Below, in pieces: positions 9,401 to 17,598 of a stretch of DNA of 30,541 bases (position 1 is its first letter; each line of letters opens with the position of its first letter). The DNA comes from an uncultured Planctomycetales bacterium (GTDB lineage Bacteria > Omnitrophota > Gorgyraeia > Gygaellales > Profunditerraquicolaceae). The notes under the pieces were generated by a model, which worked only from the letters and a program-made list of their open reading frames with translations, was not told the origin of the DNA and made no database searches. Location: positions 1 to 30,541 of the forward strand of contig CAZKQC010000001.1 in the NCBI GenBank assembly GCA_964554825.1, in the 5' to 3' direction. Made by a program: the position numbers and the translations under genes.

Positions 9401-9534
9401 CGCACAGAAGAACCTTTGCGCGGGCATTGATTTATGATAGAATAGGCAAAAATAATAAGCCATTATCAGTCGGTAATTACACATTTTTTGCAGGCAGCAT
9501 AGAGGTAAATGCCAAAGAGTATTTTAATAAATAA
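6439..9534 (+). CDS. Large membrane protein: N-terminal GT-C (ArnT/PMT-like, GT39/GT83-type) multi-TM domain plus C-terminal duplicated ~215-aa soluble domain
   Basis: About 10-12 hydrophobic segments in the first ~400 aa with ArnT-like patterns (FTYKIG...YVGMLAVFCLLMYP...YLRIY; RYTICYLP-like YYTICYLPAIAL). Two similar segments start at PLRLFFAQG.ARIF...ELT and KVRLFFDGG.VKIF...ELT. Confidence 0.7.
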   Translation: MQTNIKKKTDVIFILFLAFCGLYIVHNIVFLRLDNYFNFLEQSLTSSVRKYYSIYDFPSQLTNIKNLQQTFGSRAPDRAIYDVFTWPFFYLFGVSIDTAVYHNFIFLIILIFFTYKIGTMIKDRYVGMLAVFCLLMYPGTFGYLRIYFTSIATVAFVSLGVYALLSSDYFKKTKKVLLWVFSCIILLKLKSEKPVVFLFVPTLIYLYQSFVLNRKDPVHIRAYYRNMLISFMVFLAFLLLLFDTSAMALRFNYYLNEVSGISHTMRVSQDKIGVNILLIYLKELFNNQLANLGFFLFAVALPFFLQSKTRHKAIIISWFLFPYVFHSVYYYVCGIRATYYTICYLPAIALMTSCGIYKILPVVRRSLRVIFLAVCVALFLMNYMYMSHLNKQFSLVWGTAYTPLMGKIALTRVSPNKGILEETQRIIDILVEAKDSAGVVFVNHYPTLHTVYSRIRLKNAIKRNKILAYDFSIKLFNIEPADSEGYVRDKLTQADLVINGNRFYPVESSPALKEYKQFGTWYDFSSYMQREERAYNAVKNNLVELKTIKTKNYDATVYLSKGARELLEKKVSHPVNFDRIKNELDLLRELQDLRYVEEGPLRLFFAQGCARIFWKDQELTGKKGLGTSFSAGGIGYSGADFSWEIEKTSPREIIATGYSPVLALKQVWKFTINEGRLSWQIALEAGKIINIYDFDVNCPLRRGYRKQVGMYGKRDAPFLAPPRNSLGNLDQEHAVFPWVFLDLGDKGVLNRSSARITKGFFRESVSLVGFGPRRLSLAPGRYEFFPGILSFFDTEDGLAEYLRKTQASQEISKGKVRLFFDGGRVKIFSREKELTAKEGVFLMILSAGRWYFSSLDALWTVKKETPQRFILEGTWKELAISSLWEFQVEEGGVVHYRLDLKAQKELNPEHVLFVVMLPDRYGSYLIPSKKEIKRFPWFHPDTEGWDTIWDANTKRISRIGVMDSRSKENVILDCNLSLDDSNSVISNTHRRTFARALIYDRIGKNNKPLSVGNYTFFAGSIEVNAKEYFNK

Positions 9535-10633
9535 TACAGGCAGGGCGATTGGCAAGCTTGTTTTTTCTTTAAGCAGTCTTCTGATTTTTTTTGGCGTGCT
9601 GGAGTTGTGTTTGCGGCTCGCGGGGTTTGGCAATACCAGAGAAGAAAACCCGGGGATCAAAAGGCCGCTTTTTCAGATGGGAGGTCCCCTGCGGCCGGTG
9701 GATCCTCCATCCTTCGGGTCTTACTATAGGGATAACGTTTTATTCTGGAGGTTGAAACCAAATGAGGATGAAGATGTTAATATCAGGGGGTATCGCGGGA
9801 CGCTGTGCGACTACCAGAAACCTCAAGGGGTCTATAGGATCATTCTGCTTGGAGACTCCTGTGTTTATGGGATGAATTTTAGGCATAAGGATACCTATGC
9901 CTATCTCCTGGAAGAAAAGCTTAATGCCTTGTATGGGGGCCGCGTAGAGATAATTAATGCCGGCGTTCCCGGATACTCTTCTTTGCAGGGATTGAGGTAT
10001 TTGAAGAAAGAGTTGATCAGATATAAGCCGGATATGCTCCTGGTAGGTTTCGGTTTTAATGACCTCTGCGAAGCGCTGGGTTCTCCCGATAAAGATATCC
10101 GTTTTCTTCCGGAGTTTTTGGTTGGGCTCGATAATAGCTTAAGCAGATTACGGCTCTATGTTTTCCTGAAACAAATAATTTTTAATCTAAAAAGCGCCGT
10201 AATTCCCAAATACAGGTTTAGTGCGGCTGGAGGTAGGCCAAGGACTTTTGTGCGAACATGCCAAGAGAGCAGGGAATTAGAGCAATTAATTCAGGAGTAT
10301 ACCCTGGCCTTTGATGCCCCGGCAAGAAGGGTCTCACCCAGGGATTTTGTCAGTAATATACGGGAGATCATTAAATTTGGCGCTAAAAATCATATTCGCG
10401 TTGTTTTATTGGCCCAGCCTTCGGTAGAGTCATCTTTTGTATACGAACCGGTACTTAGCATATTAGCCAAAGAGTATAACATAGGGCTTGTTGACCTCGT
10501 CGAGGAATTCAAAAAGAGAAAAGCGAATCGGCAGGAATATTTTCTCGATAATAACCACTATAATGAAAAAGGCCACCGGCTCATTGCCGATATATTATAT
10601 GATCGCCTGCACGCACTGGTCTTTGCTGATTAA
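9509..10633 (+). CDS. Membrane-anchored SGNH/GDSL hydrolase-family protein (esterase or O-acyltransferase)
   Basis: N-terminal TM segment (LLIFFGVLELCLRL), block I LLGDS, block II INAGVPGYSS, block III GFGFND and block V DNNH. The catalytic S/G/N/D-H set is intact. Confidence 0.88.
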   Translation: MPKSILINNTGRAIGKLVFSLSSLLIFFGVLELCLRLAGFGNTREENPGIKRPLFQMGGPLRPVDPPSFGSYYRDNVLFWRLKPNEDEDVNIRGYRGTLCDYQKPQGVYRIILLGDSCVYGMNFRHKDTYAYLLEEKLNALYGGRVEIINAGVPGYSSLQGLRYLKKELIRYKPDMLLVGFGFNDLCEALGSPDKDIRFLPEFLVGLDNSLSRLRLYVFLKQIIFNLKSAVIPKYRFSAAGGRPRTFVRTCQESRELEQLIQEYTLAFDAPARRVSPRDFVSNIREIIKFGAKNHIRVVLLAQPSVESSFVYEPVLSILAKEYNIGLVDLVEEFKKRKANRQEYFLDNNHYNEKGHRLIADILYDRLHALVFAD

Positions 10634-10636
10634 CCG

Positions 10637-11704
10637 ATGACTATGGATAGAAAAAAAGCACTGAAAAGAAACGTGGGTTTTTGGCTCTCCAGGAAAATTA
10701 ATTACCCTCTCCTCCCTCCAGACACTTTGCAGCTTTCATTAACCAGCAGGTGTAATTTACGCTGCAAGATGTGCAACGTCTGGGAAGCTGCCCGCAAGGA
10801 AGAAGAACTGAGCCTTCATGAAATAAAGTCTGTTGTCGATCAGTGCCGCCAGTGGGGAGTGGAAGAGGTGAACCTTTGCGGCGGAGAGCCTCTGCTCAGC
10901 GATATCTGCCTGGATATTATCTCCTATGTCAAAGAGAGCGGCATGCGGGTGATACTTACTACCAATGGCACATTGTTGAACGAAGAGATGGCAAAAAAAC
11001 TGGTTGATCTTAAAGTAGATATTATCACGGTTTCTCTTGACGGGGCCAGGCCTCAGACCCACGATAATATCAGGGGGCAGGAAGGCTCCTACGCTAAGAT
11101 AATCCAGGGTATAAAGAATCTGAACTATTTCGGGAAAGGGGCTGGCCCTGTTAAGGTACTCATCCTGACTATCTCGAATTATAATTTAGACGAACTGGAA
11201 GAATACTTCTCCCTGGCCAAGAGTATCTCCGTAGATGCCCTGTATTTGACCCCCGTAGTCCTGGATAATGTCCGGCTTTATATGCAAGGCGAAGAGGATA
11301 AGAAACAAGATCTCTGGATCAGCGGGGAGCGCCTGCGTAAACTCGATGAAGTGGTGGATAGGCTTATCATTCTTCAGAAGGAGCGCTACGGACTTAACTA
11401 CCCCAGCTTTAGTTTGCTTAAGAAGTATTTTCGCGGTCAGGTTACTGCTAAGGACTGGGTTTGTTTTGCCGGTTACCGCAGGTTTGTCCTGGTGCCTTCA
11501 GGTACGGTGCAGATGTGCGGGGAGGCAGTGGGTAATATACGCAGCACCCCGGATATACGAAAGATCTGGACCTCTGCCGCAGCTCGTAAAAGGAGGATAT
11601 GGATTAAGCGCTGCCGTCACTTCTGTCTTCAGGATTGCCACGCTAGGCAGGAATCAGCTACTATGCGGAATATTTTACAGCATACTTTTTCTAAACAAAG
11701 ATGA
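10637..11704 (+). CDS. Radical SAM protein with C-terminal SPASM/twitch-type domain A
   Basis: LTSRCNLRCKMC, GGEPLL, TTNGTLL, SLDG and C-terminal C-x17-C...CRHFCLQDC. Confidence 0.88.
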   Translation: MTMDRKKALKRNVGFWLSRKINYPLLPPDTLQLSLTSRCNLRCKMCNVWEAARKEEELSLHEIKSVVDQCRQWGVEEVNLCGGEPLLSDICLDIISYVKESGMRVILTTNGTLLNEEMAKKLVDLKVDIITVSLDGARPQTHDNIRGQEGSYAKIIQGIKNLNYFGKGAGPVKVLILTISNYNLDELEEYFSLAKSISVDALYLTPVVLDNVRLYMQGEEDKKQDLWISGERLRKLDEVVDRLIILQKERYGLNYPSFSLLKKYFRGQVTAKDWVCFAGYRRFVLVPSGTVQMCGEAVGNIRSTPDIRKIWTSAAARKRRIWIKRCRHFCLQDCHARQESATMRNILQHTFSKQR

Positions 11705-13065
11705 GGATAGCCTTAGTATTCCCCCCGCTCTATGGTGTTGATATGCCTCCGCTGGGCATTGCCTATATCGCTGCCCAGCTGTTGAAAGACGGCCATGAAG
11801 TGAAGGTATATTGTTTTAACTCTCAGCTTTACCAGGAGAATGCCGCTAAGAGGTTCTTGTGGGATTGGGATCAGTCAGGTGCGTGGTCTGGCATTGAGCG
11901 GCTCAATCGGCATTTTGACATAAGCCGGTTATTAGAAAAATGGGTAGAGGAGATCCTGCGTTTTAATCCTAAGCTGGTAGGCTTTAGCGTAAACAGCCAT
12001 TCCAGGCTCTTGGCAGATCTCTTGGCAGATAAGCTGAAGGAAAAAAGAAAAGATATCGCGGTTGTCTTCGGCGGCCCCTGGTGCGTGGAGCTGCTGGAGG
12101 AATCCCTCTTCAATAAGAATGTGGATATATACGTAAAGGGAGAAGGGGAGCTTATCGCCAGTAAGATAGCAGAAAAGATATCCCGCAACGAACCAATCAG
12201 CGATTTAAATATGCCGGGCACAGTGGTAAATACCGCAGCTGGATTTCGCGATAACGGGTGGGCAGAGAAGCCGCTAGATATAAACTCTCTGCCTTATCCT
12301 GCCCTTTCTCTTTTTAGCCCCGACAACTACACCAATAAAACAGAGATACCGATTATTTTCAGTCGGGGCTGTAATTACCATTGCAGGTTTTGCACCGATA
12401 AGCCGATGTGGGGCAATTATAGGATGCGCAGCGCCGAGGATATTCTCGGAGAGATGCGCCAACATAGCGGGCTTTTTGGTAGAGTGAGGTTTAAGTGCAA
12501 CGATTTGATGGTGAATGGAGACCTGAAGGGCTTAGAGGCATTTGCCGACGCCGTCATTAAGGAAGGGCTGCCTTTCGAGTGGGGCGGGATGGCCAGGGCC
12601 AGGCCAGAGACCGGCCAAGAGATTTTTAACAAACTAAGAAAAGCAGGGTGTATATATTTTACCTACGGCATAGAGAGCGGCGCCCATAAGGTCCTTTCCC
12701 ATATGGGGAAGCCTCCCAAGGGCGCTATATCCCGTGCGCTTAAGATGACCAGCCGGGCAGGTATTAAGGTAAATACCCTCTGGATGGCGGGGTATCCTAC
12801 GGAGAGCTGGATAGATGTTTTTGAAACAATGCTTTTCCTGTTTTTTAATAGAAGGTATATAGATGAATTCGTAAGCGTAAGCTCCTGCTATATACCGCGG
12901 CAGTCATGGATAGGAAAACAGCAGAGGGAACTGGGGATAGAGTATAATGATAAATCCGAATGGTATATCAAAGGGGTAAATACTCCTTTTAGAAGAGAGC
13001 TGCGCAGGAGATGGCTGTTATCCCTGGCTAGCCTCTTGGGTATTTACCGGGGAGGAATACAGTAA
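11701..13065 (+). CDS. Cobalamin-binding-domain radical SAM protein #4
   Basis: VFPPLY..DMPPLGIAYIAA, VGFSV, FGGP, FSRGCNYHCRFC, WGGMARA, YGIESG and MAGYPTES. ATGA overlap with the upstream gene. Confidence 0.87.
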   Translation: MRIALVFPPLYGVDMPPLGIAYIAAQLLKDGHEVKVYCFNSQLYQENAAKRFLWDWDQSGAWSGIERLNRHFDISRLLEKWVEEILRFNPKLVGFSVNSHSRLLADLLADKLKEKRKDIAVVFGGPWCVELLEESLFNKNVDIYVKGEGELIASKIAEKISRNEPISDLNMPGTVVNTAAGFRDNGWAEKPLDINSLPYPALSLFSPDNYTNKTEIPIIFSRGCNYHCRFCTDKPMWGNYRMRSAEDILGEMRQHSGLFGRVRFKCNDLMVNGDLKGLEAFADAVIKEGLPFEWGGMARARPETGQEIFNKLRKAGCIYFTYGIESGAHKVLSHMGKPPKGAISRALKMTSRAGIKVNTLWMAGYPTESWIDVFETMLFLFFNRRYIDEFVSVSSCYIPRQSWIGKQQRELGIEYNDKSEWYIKGVNTPFRRELRRRWLLSLASLLGIYRGGIQ

Positions 13066-13066
13066 G

Positions 13067-14332
13067 ATGGATGCTAAGATGAACCCTAAGACACGTGAGT
13101 ATATGACAGATTTAATAACCGACTACCGTTTTTATTTTTCTCGTGCCCTAAACAGGGTCATGGTAGCTCCGGATATGATCCAGATCATGCTGACCTCTAA
13201 ATGCAATATCCGCTGCAAGATCTGCGATGTATGGAAGCAGGATTTTAATCCGCAGATGACCACGGAAGAGGTCAAGCGCTTAATCGATCAGGCGATTGAG
13301 CTGGGGGTCAGGACCATCTATTTTACCGGAGGGGAGGCTTTTCTGCGCCAGGATATATTCGAGCTTATCGATTATGCCTCTCGGCCGGGCATAATTACTA
13401 CGGTTAACACCAACGGGAGCATTATTACAGACGAGATGGCCCGTAAGATCGTTGGCTCTAGGCTCAGGAATATCACTTTTTCCATCGATAGCGCCCAGCC
13501 AGAATTGCATAATTCAATAAGAGGCAAGGATGTTTTTGAAAAAGCAATCAAGGGAATAGGGTTAGTTAACCATTATAAAAAGGAGCTGCTTAGAAGGTTT
13601 GAGGATAATCCAGAAGGCCGGTTAGATGTAGGGATGGTGAGCGTAATTATGAAGCACAACATCGCAGAGCTGCCTGGGCTGGTAAAATTAGCTCAAGATA
13701 TGCAGTGCGGATATATAGCCTTTCAGCCGCTGGTATATAATGGGAGCCTGCTTGATAATGCTAATTTTCAGTCGGATTTTTGGCTGGATGAGCAAGACAT
13801 CATCCGGCTAGAAGCTGTTTTCAAAGAACTAGAGGCCATTAGGGAAAAGATGTTTACGCAGGGATTTTATCCATTTGGTATTGACTTTATGCCGGAGAAG
13901 ACGATACAGCATTTTCGTAAAGAAAGAATAGTAAATACCTGTTTTGTCGGTTTCAGCAGGATTTTTGTAAATCCTCAGGGAGATATAAGTTTTGTGTGTT
14001 TTGAGCCATTAGGGAACATCAGAAATAGCTCCCTAAAAGAGGCATGGTTATCCCAGAAGGCATATGAGATTCGCTCCCGGATCAAGGAATGCAGGGTAAA
14101 TTGTACTCAGTTTTGCTCTGAACGTCCCGAGTCAGAGGATATAGGGCGTATACACAAAAGATTTATACAAGAGACAGATGCGCTTTTCGAAGCCGAATCA
14201 GCCTTTTTGCAACATATGGCCCAGGAAACGAAGATTGCCGCCCAGGCCAATAATAACGACTTCCAGGTATTTCTCGAACAAATAAAAGATATATTAGAAT
14301 CAACGAAAAGCCGTCCAAGACAGAATGGTTAA
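13067..14332 (+). CDS. Radical SAM SPASM/twitch-type protein B with C-terminal extension
   Basis: LTSKCNIRCKIC, TGGEAFL, NTNGS, FSIDS and C-terminal CFVG...VC...CRVNCTQFC followed by a ~65-aa helical tail. GGAGG RBS upstream. Confidence 0.88.
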   Translation: MDAKMNPKTREYMTDLITDYRFYFSRALNRVMVAPDMIQIMLTSKCNIRCKICDVWKQDFNPQMTTEEVKRLIDQAIELGVRTIYFTGGEAFLRQDIFELIDYASRPGIITTVNTNGSIITDEMARKIVGSRLRNITFSIDSAQPELHNSIRGKDVFEKAIKGIGLVNHYKKELLRRFEDNPEGRLDVGMVSVIMKHNIAELPGLVKLAQDMQCGYIAFQPLVYNGSLLDNANFQSDFWLDEQDIIRLEAVFKELEAIREKMFTQGFYPFGIDFMPEKTIQHFRKERIVNTCFVGFSRIFVNPQGDISFVCFEPLGNIRNSSLKEAWLSQKAYEIRSRIKECRVNCTQFCSERPESEDIGRIHKRFIQETDALFEAESAFLQHMAQETKIAAQANNNDFQVFLEQIKDILESTKSRPRQNG

Positions 14333-15269
14333 CCCAGAGATAGAGGATAGGGCGATGATGCGCTTTAAGCAATTCTACATTGCTATGACAAACAGGTGCA
14401 ATCTAAAGTGCCGCATGTGTACTACTACTACGCATCCTCATCAGCTGGAGGAAGAGCTCTCGTTAGACCAGTGGGAAGGCATCATTGATAATATTACCCG
14501 TTTCCAGGTAGAAAGCGTTGGTTTTGGCGGAGGAGAACCGTTAGTTCGTCAAGAAGATCTTATCAGGTTGGCAGGCTTAGTTGCAGCCAGGGGCATAACC
14601 GTCAATATCATAACCAATGCTACGTTACTAAAAACAGATTTTCTGGAAGCAGTCCTTCCTTACCGGGAAAAGATTATATTCTTGTTTTCCCTGGATGGCC
14701 TGGAGGCAGAAAATGACAGAATACGCGGTGAGGGTGTTTTTAAAAAGGTCATTGAAACGGCCGACCTGCTGCAGAAATACCAGTGGCCATTTTATATCAC
14801 CTCTGTCCTGCAGCCGGATAATTTTTTAGGATTTGTGTCGTTTTTGACATTCGTAAACAAACGCTATCCGCAGGTGCAGATAGATATTCAACCAATCATA
14901 CCCCATAATGAAATTTATTACCGCAGAAAGAAGTTTGAGCTTGGTGAGGAGCAGCTGGAAGCCCTAAAGGGCATATTGAACTTTCTCCACGATAACGAAG
15001 GAATAATCAGGCTTTGTCGTTCTTTGAAAATAATAGATAAATATTGGGATTATTTTAACAATACGCTTCGTTCAGAAAATCAGTGTAAGATGGGAACGGA
15101 GAGTTTTAACATCAATCTGCGGGGTAATCTCTGGATCTGCGGTAAGGAGCTGGAGTATCCGCTCTATCGTTATCCCCTGGAAGAGGTATTTCGTTCTAAC
15201 GAGTACCTGGGCGAGATGGAAAGAGTAAAGCGTTGTGCCTCCCCCTGCCTGGCGGGATTAGTTATCTAG
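14325..15269 (+). CDS. Radical SAM SPASM/twitch-type protein C
   Basis: MTNRCNLKCRMC, GGGEPL, ITNA, FSLDG and C-terminal CKMG...IC...CASPC. Confidence 0.87.
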   Translation: MVNPEIEDRAMMRFKQFYIAMTNRCNLKCRMCTTTTHPHQLEEELSLDQWEGIIDNITRFQVESVGFGGGEPLVRQEDLIRLAGLVAARGITVNIITNATLLKTDFLEAVLPYREKIIFLFSLDGLEAENDRIRGEGVFKKVIETADLLQKYQWPFYITSVLQPDNFLGFVSFLTFVNKRYPQVQIDIQPIIPHNEIYYRRKKFELGEEQLEALKGILNFLHDNEGIIRLCRSLKIIDKYWDYFNNTLRSENQCKMGTESFNINLRGNLWICGKELEYPLYRYPLEEVFRSNEYLGEMERVKRCASPCLAGLVI

Positions 15270-15282
15270 TAAAGGAGTATCT

Positions 15283-16482
15283 ATGTCCCCTGTTAATTTT
15301 TTAAGGCCAGCCCTGGAGTTTAAATACAACCCCGAAGCTGTAACTAACTGTATGGCGGAATATCTGTATACTTTAAGGCAAGATGCTGCGGTAAAACCAA
15401 TGAGGCTGTTTGTGTATCCTACCGGACTATGTAACGATTCATGCCGCTATTGTTCGGATGGTTCGCGTGCTGGCGGGGGTGACTATGGCGCCTTTCTGAA
15501 ATGTGACCCCAAGAGAGATTTCTTCAATAATAAAGTTTTTATCGATAAGCTGGTCGCGGATATCAAGAATTTAAGAATAAGGGACGTTCATCTTTTCGGG
15601 GGCGGAGAGCCGTTTTTTTATAAAGAGCAGACCTTCTATTTCTTAGAACAGCTTAAAGAAACGGATGTTTTTATAAGGGTTATCACTAACGCAAAGAATC
15701 TGGGCAGAGAAGATATGTTTAAGATCATCAAGGGCGGCTTAATCAGCCAGCTGAACATCAGTTTTAATACGGAATCCCGCCAGACAGCAGAGAAGCTTTA
15801 TGCGGATTCCTCCCGCCACCAACACTCGGTAGATGCGCTCGGAGCGATTACAGAATATAAGGGTAAATATAAAGTAGAGTTTCCCAAGATTGACATTATG
15901 TTTACCATTTTAAATATAAACTACAACCGGGTTACAGAAATTATTAATCTTCTCAAGGGGCATAGTATAAACTATTTTATGTTTCAGCCCTTGAGGTGTT
16001 ATACGAGTAAACAGAAGGAATTTGCGTTAACGAAAGAACAGGAAGAAGAGTTCTCGGCCCAGGTACCGGCTATTGAGAGAATGCTGCATGAGCTTGGGGT
16101 ACGCTCAAATATAGGAGAGTTCAAAAAAAATGAACAAAGAGGCCCATCGGGCACGAATCCTGCCGTCTCCTCTCGGTATCCGGAGCTGGTAAATAAGCAC
16201 GGCTTGCGCCTGGGCTGCTATATCCCGCTCACTACATTATCAATATGTTACAACGGAAATATCCCGCTTTGCCAATTCAAATACGATCAGCAATACAAAC
16301 AGAATTACTTCGAACTCAAAGAGCTCAAAGAATTTATCAAAAGCGAAGATTATTCTTCTTTTGTGAGGAGCTTTATTGACACAAGGCCCCCGGCAACCTG
16401 CAGCGTCTGCAACTTTTGCGTACCGTTTGAGCTGGAAATTATGAAACAAAGATTTCTGGCCTTTACCCAGAAAAAACGATAA
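15283..16482 (+). CDS. Radical SAM SPASM/twitch-type protein D
   Basis: PTGLCNDSCRYC, FGGGEPF, ITN and C-terminal CYIP...ICYNGNIPLC...CSVCNFC. AAGGAG RBS upstream. Confidence 0.85.
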   Translation: MSPVNFLRPALEFKYNPEAVTNCMAEYLYTLRQDAAVKPMRLFVYPTGLCNDSCRYCSDGSRAGGGDYGAFLKCDPKRDFFNNKVFIDKLVADIKNLRIRDVHLFGGGEPFFYKEQTFYFLEQLKETDVFIRVITNAKNLGREDMFKIIKGGLISQLNISFNTESRQTAEKLYADSSRHQHSVDALGAITEYKGKYKVEFPKIDIMFTILNINYNRVTEIINLLKGHSINYFMFQPLRCYTSKQKEFALTKEQEEEFSAQVPAIERMLHELGVRSNIGEFKKNEQRGPSGTNPAVSSRYPELVNKHGLRLGCYIPLTTLSICYNGNIPLCQFKYDQQYKQNYFELKELKEFIKSEDYSSFVRSFIDTRPPATCSVCNFCVPFELEIMKQRFLAFTQKKR

Positions 16483-16487
16483 CCCAG

Positions 16488-17588
16488 ATGGATTACCGCA
16501 CAATCGAACGCGTTAGGCAGGGGATAAGTGATCCTCTGGTTGGCCCAGAGACAATAGCCCTCATGCTGACCAAGGCATGTAACCTTCGTTGTATTTATTG
16601 CCGTGGAGGCAGGGCAGACGAACAAGTCAATAGGCCGTCTGATATTTCTGATGAGTTATCTACGCAGGAACTCTTCGGCATCTTTGAAGATGCAAAAGAG
16701 TTCAGGGTGCAGGAAATCAACCTAGGGGGCATGTTTGGCGAACCTTTGTGTAAAAAAGATGCCACCAAGATTATCGAAAAAATTAAGTCTCTTGAGCTAG
16801 TGGGGGCTATGACTACCAACGGCAGCCTTTTGAATGCCGAGATGGCTAAGTTCCTGACTGACGTACGCTGGGATATCCTATTACTCAGTCTTGACTCAGC
16901 CGAACCGGCAACACAGCATGCCCTGCGTCCGGCATACAATAAAGAGCCTTATTTTGGAAATATTATCCAGTTTCTGGAGAGCTTAAACGCCATGGATAGT
17001 AAATTAAGGATACTGGTGAATGCGGTGATTACTAGATTAAATTACCGGAAATTACCGGAACTGGTTGCCTTTGCCAACAGGTATAGAAATATAGAATCCA
17101 TCAATGTGCTGAAGATGCTTGGCATGGGTTTGGTTAATTGCGCAGATATAGAGCTTAATAATGAGGAACTCAAAGAGTTTAAGTCACTTCTTATCGGCTT
17201 AAAGGGAGAGAAAAAAATAACTTACATGGGTAACTGGCTTCAGCCGCAAGGCCACCGGGCTGGGGCAGGGGCGGGCGCAGACATGAACCCAGTCCTTGCA
17301 TGCGGACAGAGGAAAAGGTGCTTTACCAATTATTACATTCTTTCCATCGACGCAAACGGGGATATCATTAAATGCCCTCAATACCAGTCCAGCGTAGAGG
17401 GGTTAAATATCAGGAAGAGGTCGCTTGGGGAATTATGGAAGAATGAACACCTGCGTTTTAGGGCGGAGCTGGCTGAAGAAGCGCCTTGCTTTGATGGCTG
17501 CTGTACCATATTGAAAGAGCAAAATAGACTGATAGATGGTTATCTAGTCTCCGGGGAAGATGCGCATCCCGGGCGGACTCCTCTATAA
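16488..17588 (+). CDS. Radical SAM SPASM/twitch-type protein E
   Basis: GPETIALMLTKACNLRCIYC, GGMFGEPL, TTNGS, LSLDS and C-terminal CFTN...IDANGDIIKC...CFDGCC. Confidence 0.85.
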   Translation: MDYRTIERVRQGISDPLVGPETIALMLTKACNLRCIYCRGGRADEQVNRPSDISDELSTQELFGIFEDAKEFRVQEINLGGMFGEPLCKKDATKIIEKIKSLELVGAMTTNGSLLNAEMAKFLTDVRWDILLLSLDSAEPATQHALRPAYNKEPYFGNIIQFLESLNAMDSKLRILVNAVITRLNYRKLPELVAFANRYRNIESINVLKMLGMGLVNCADIELNNEELKEFKSLLIGLKGEKKITYMGNWLQPQGHRAGAGAGADMNPVLACGQRKRCFTNYYILSIDANGDIIKCPQYQSSVEGLNIRKRSLGELWKNEHLRFRAELAEEAPCFDGCCTILKEQNRLIDGYLVSGEDAHPGRTPL

Positions 17589-17598
17589 ACTATACGGC

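Noticed and set aside
1374-13065. Annotating the B12 radical SAMs as BchE (Mg-protoporphyrin cyclase), or the SPASM proteins as PqqE/NirJ/AhbD/MoaA
   Set aside because: These are common default labels. There are no photosynthesis, PQQ, heme d1 or molybdopterin genes in context.
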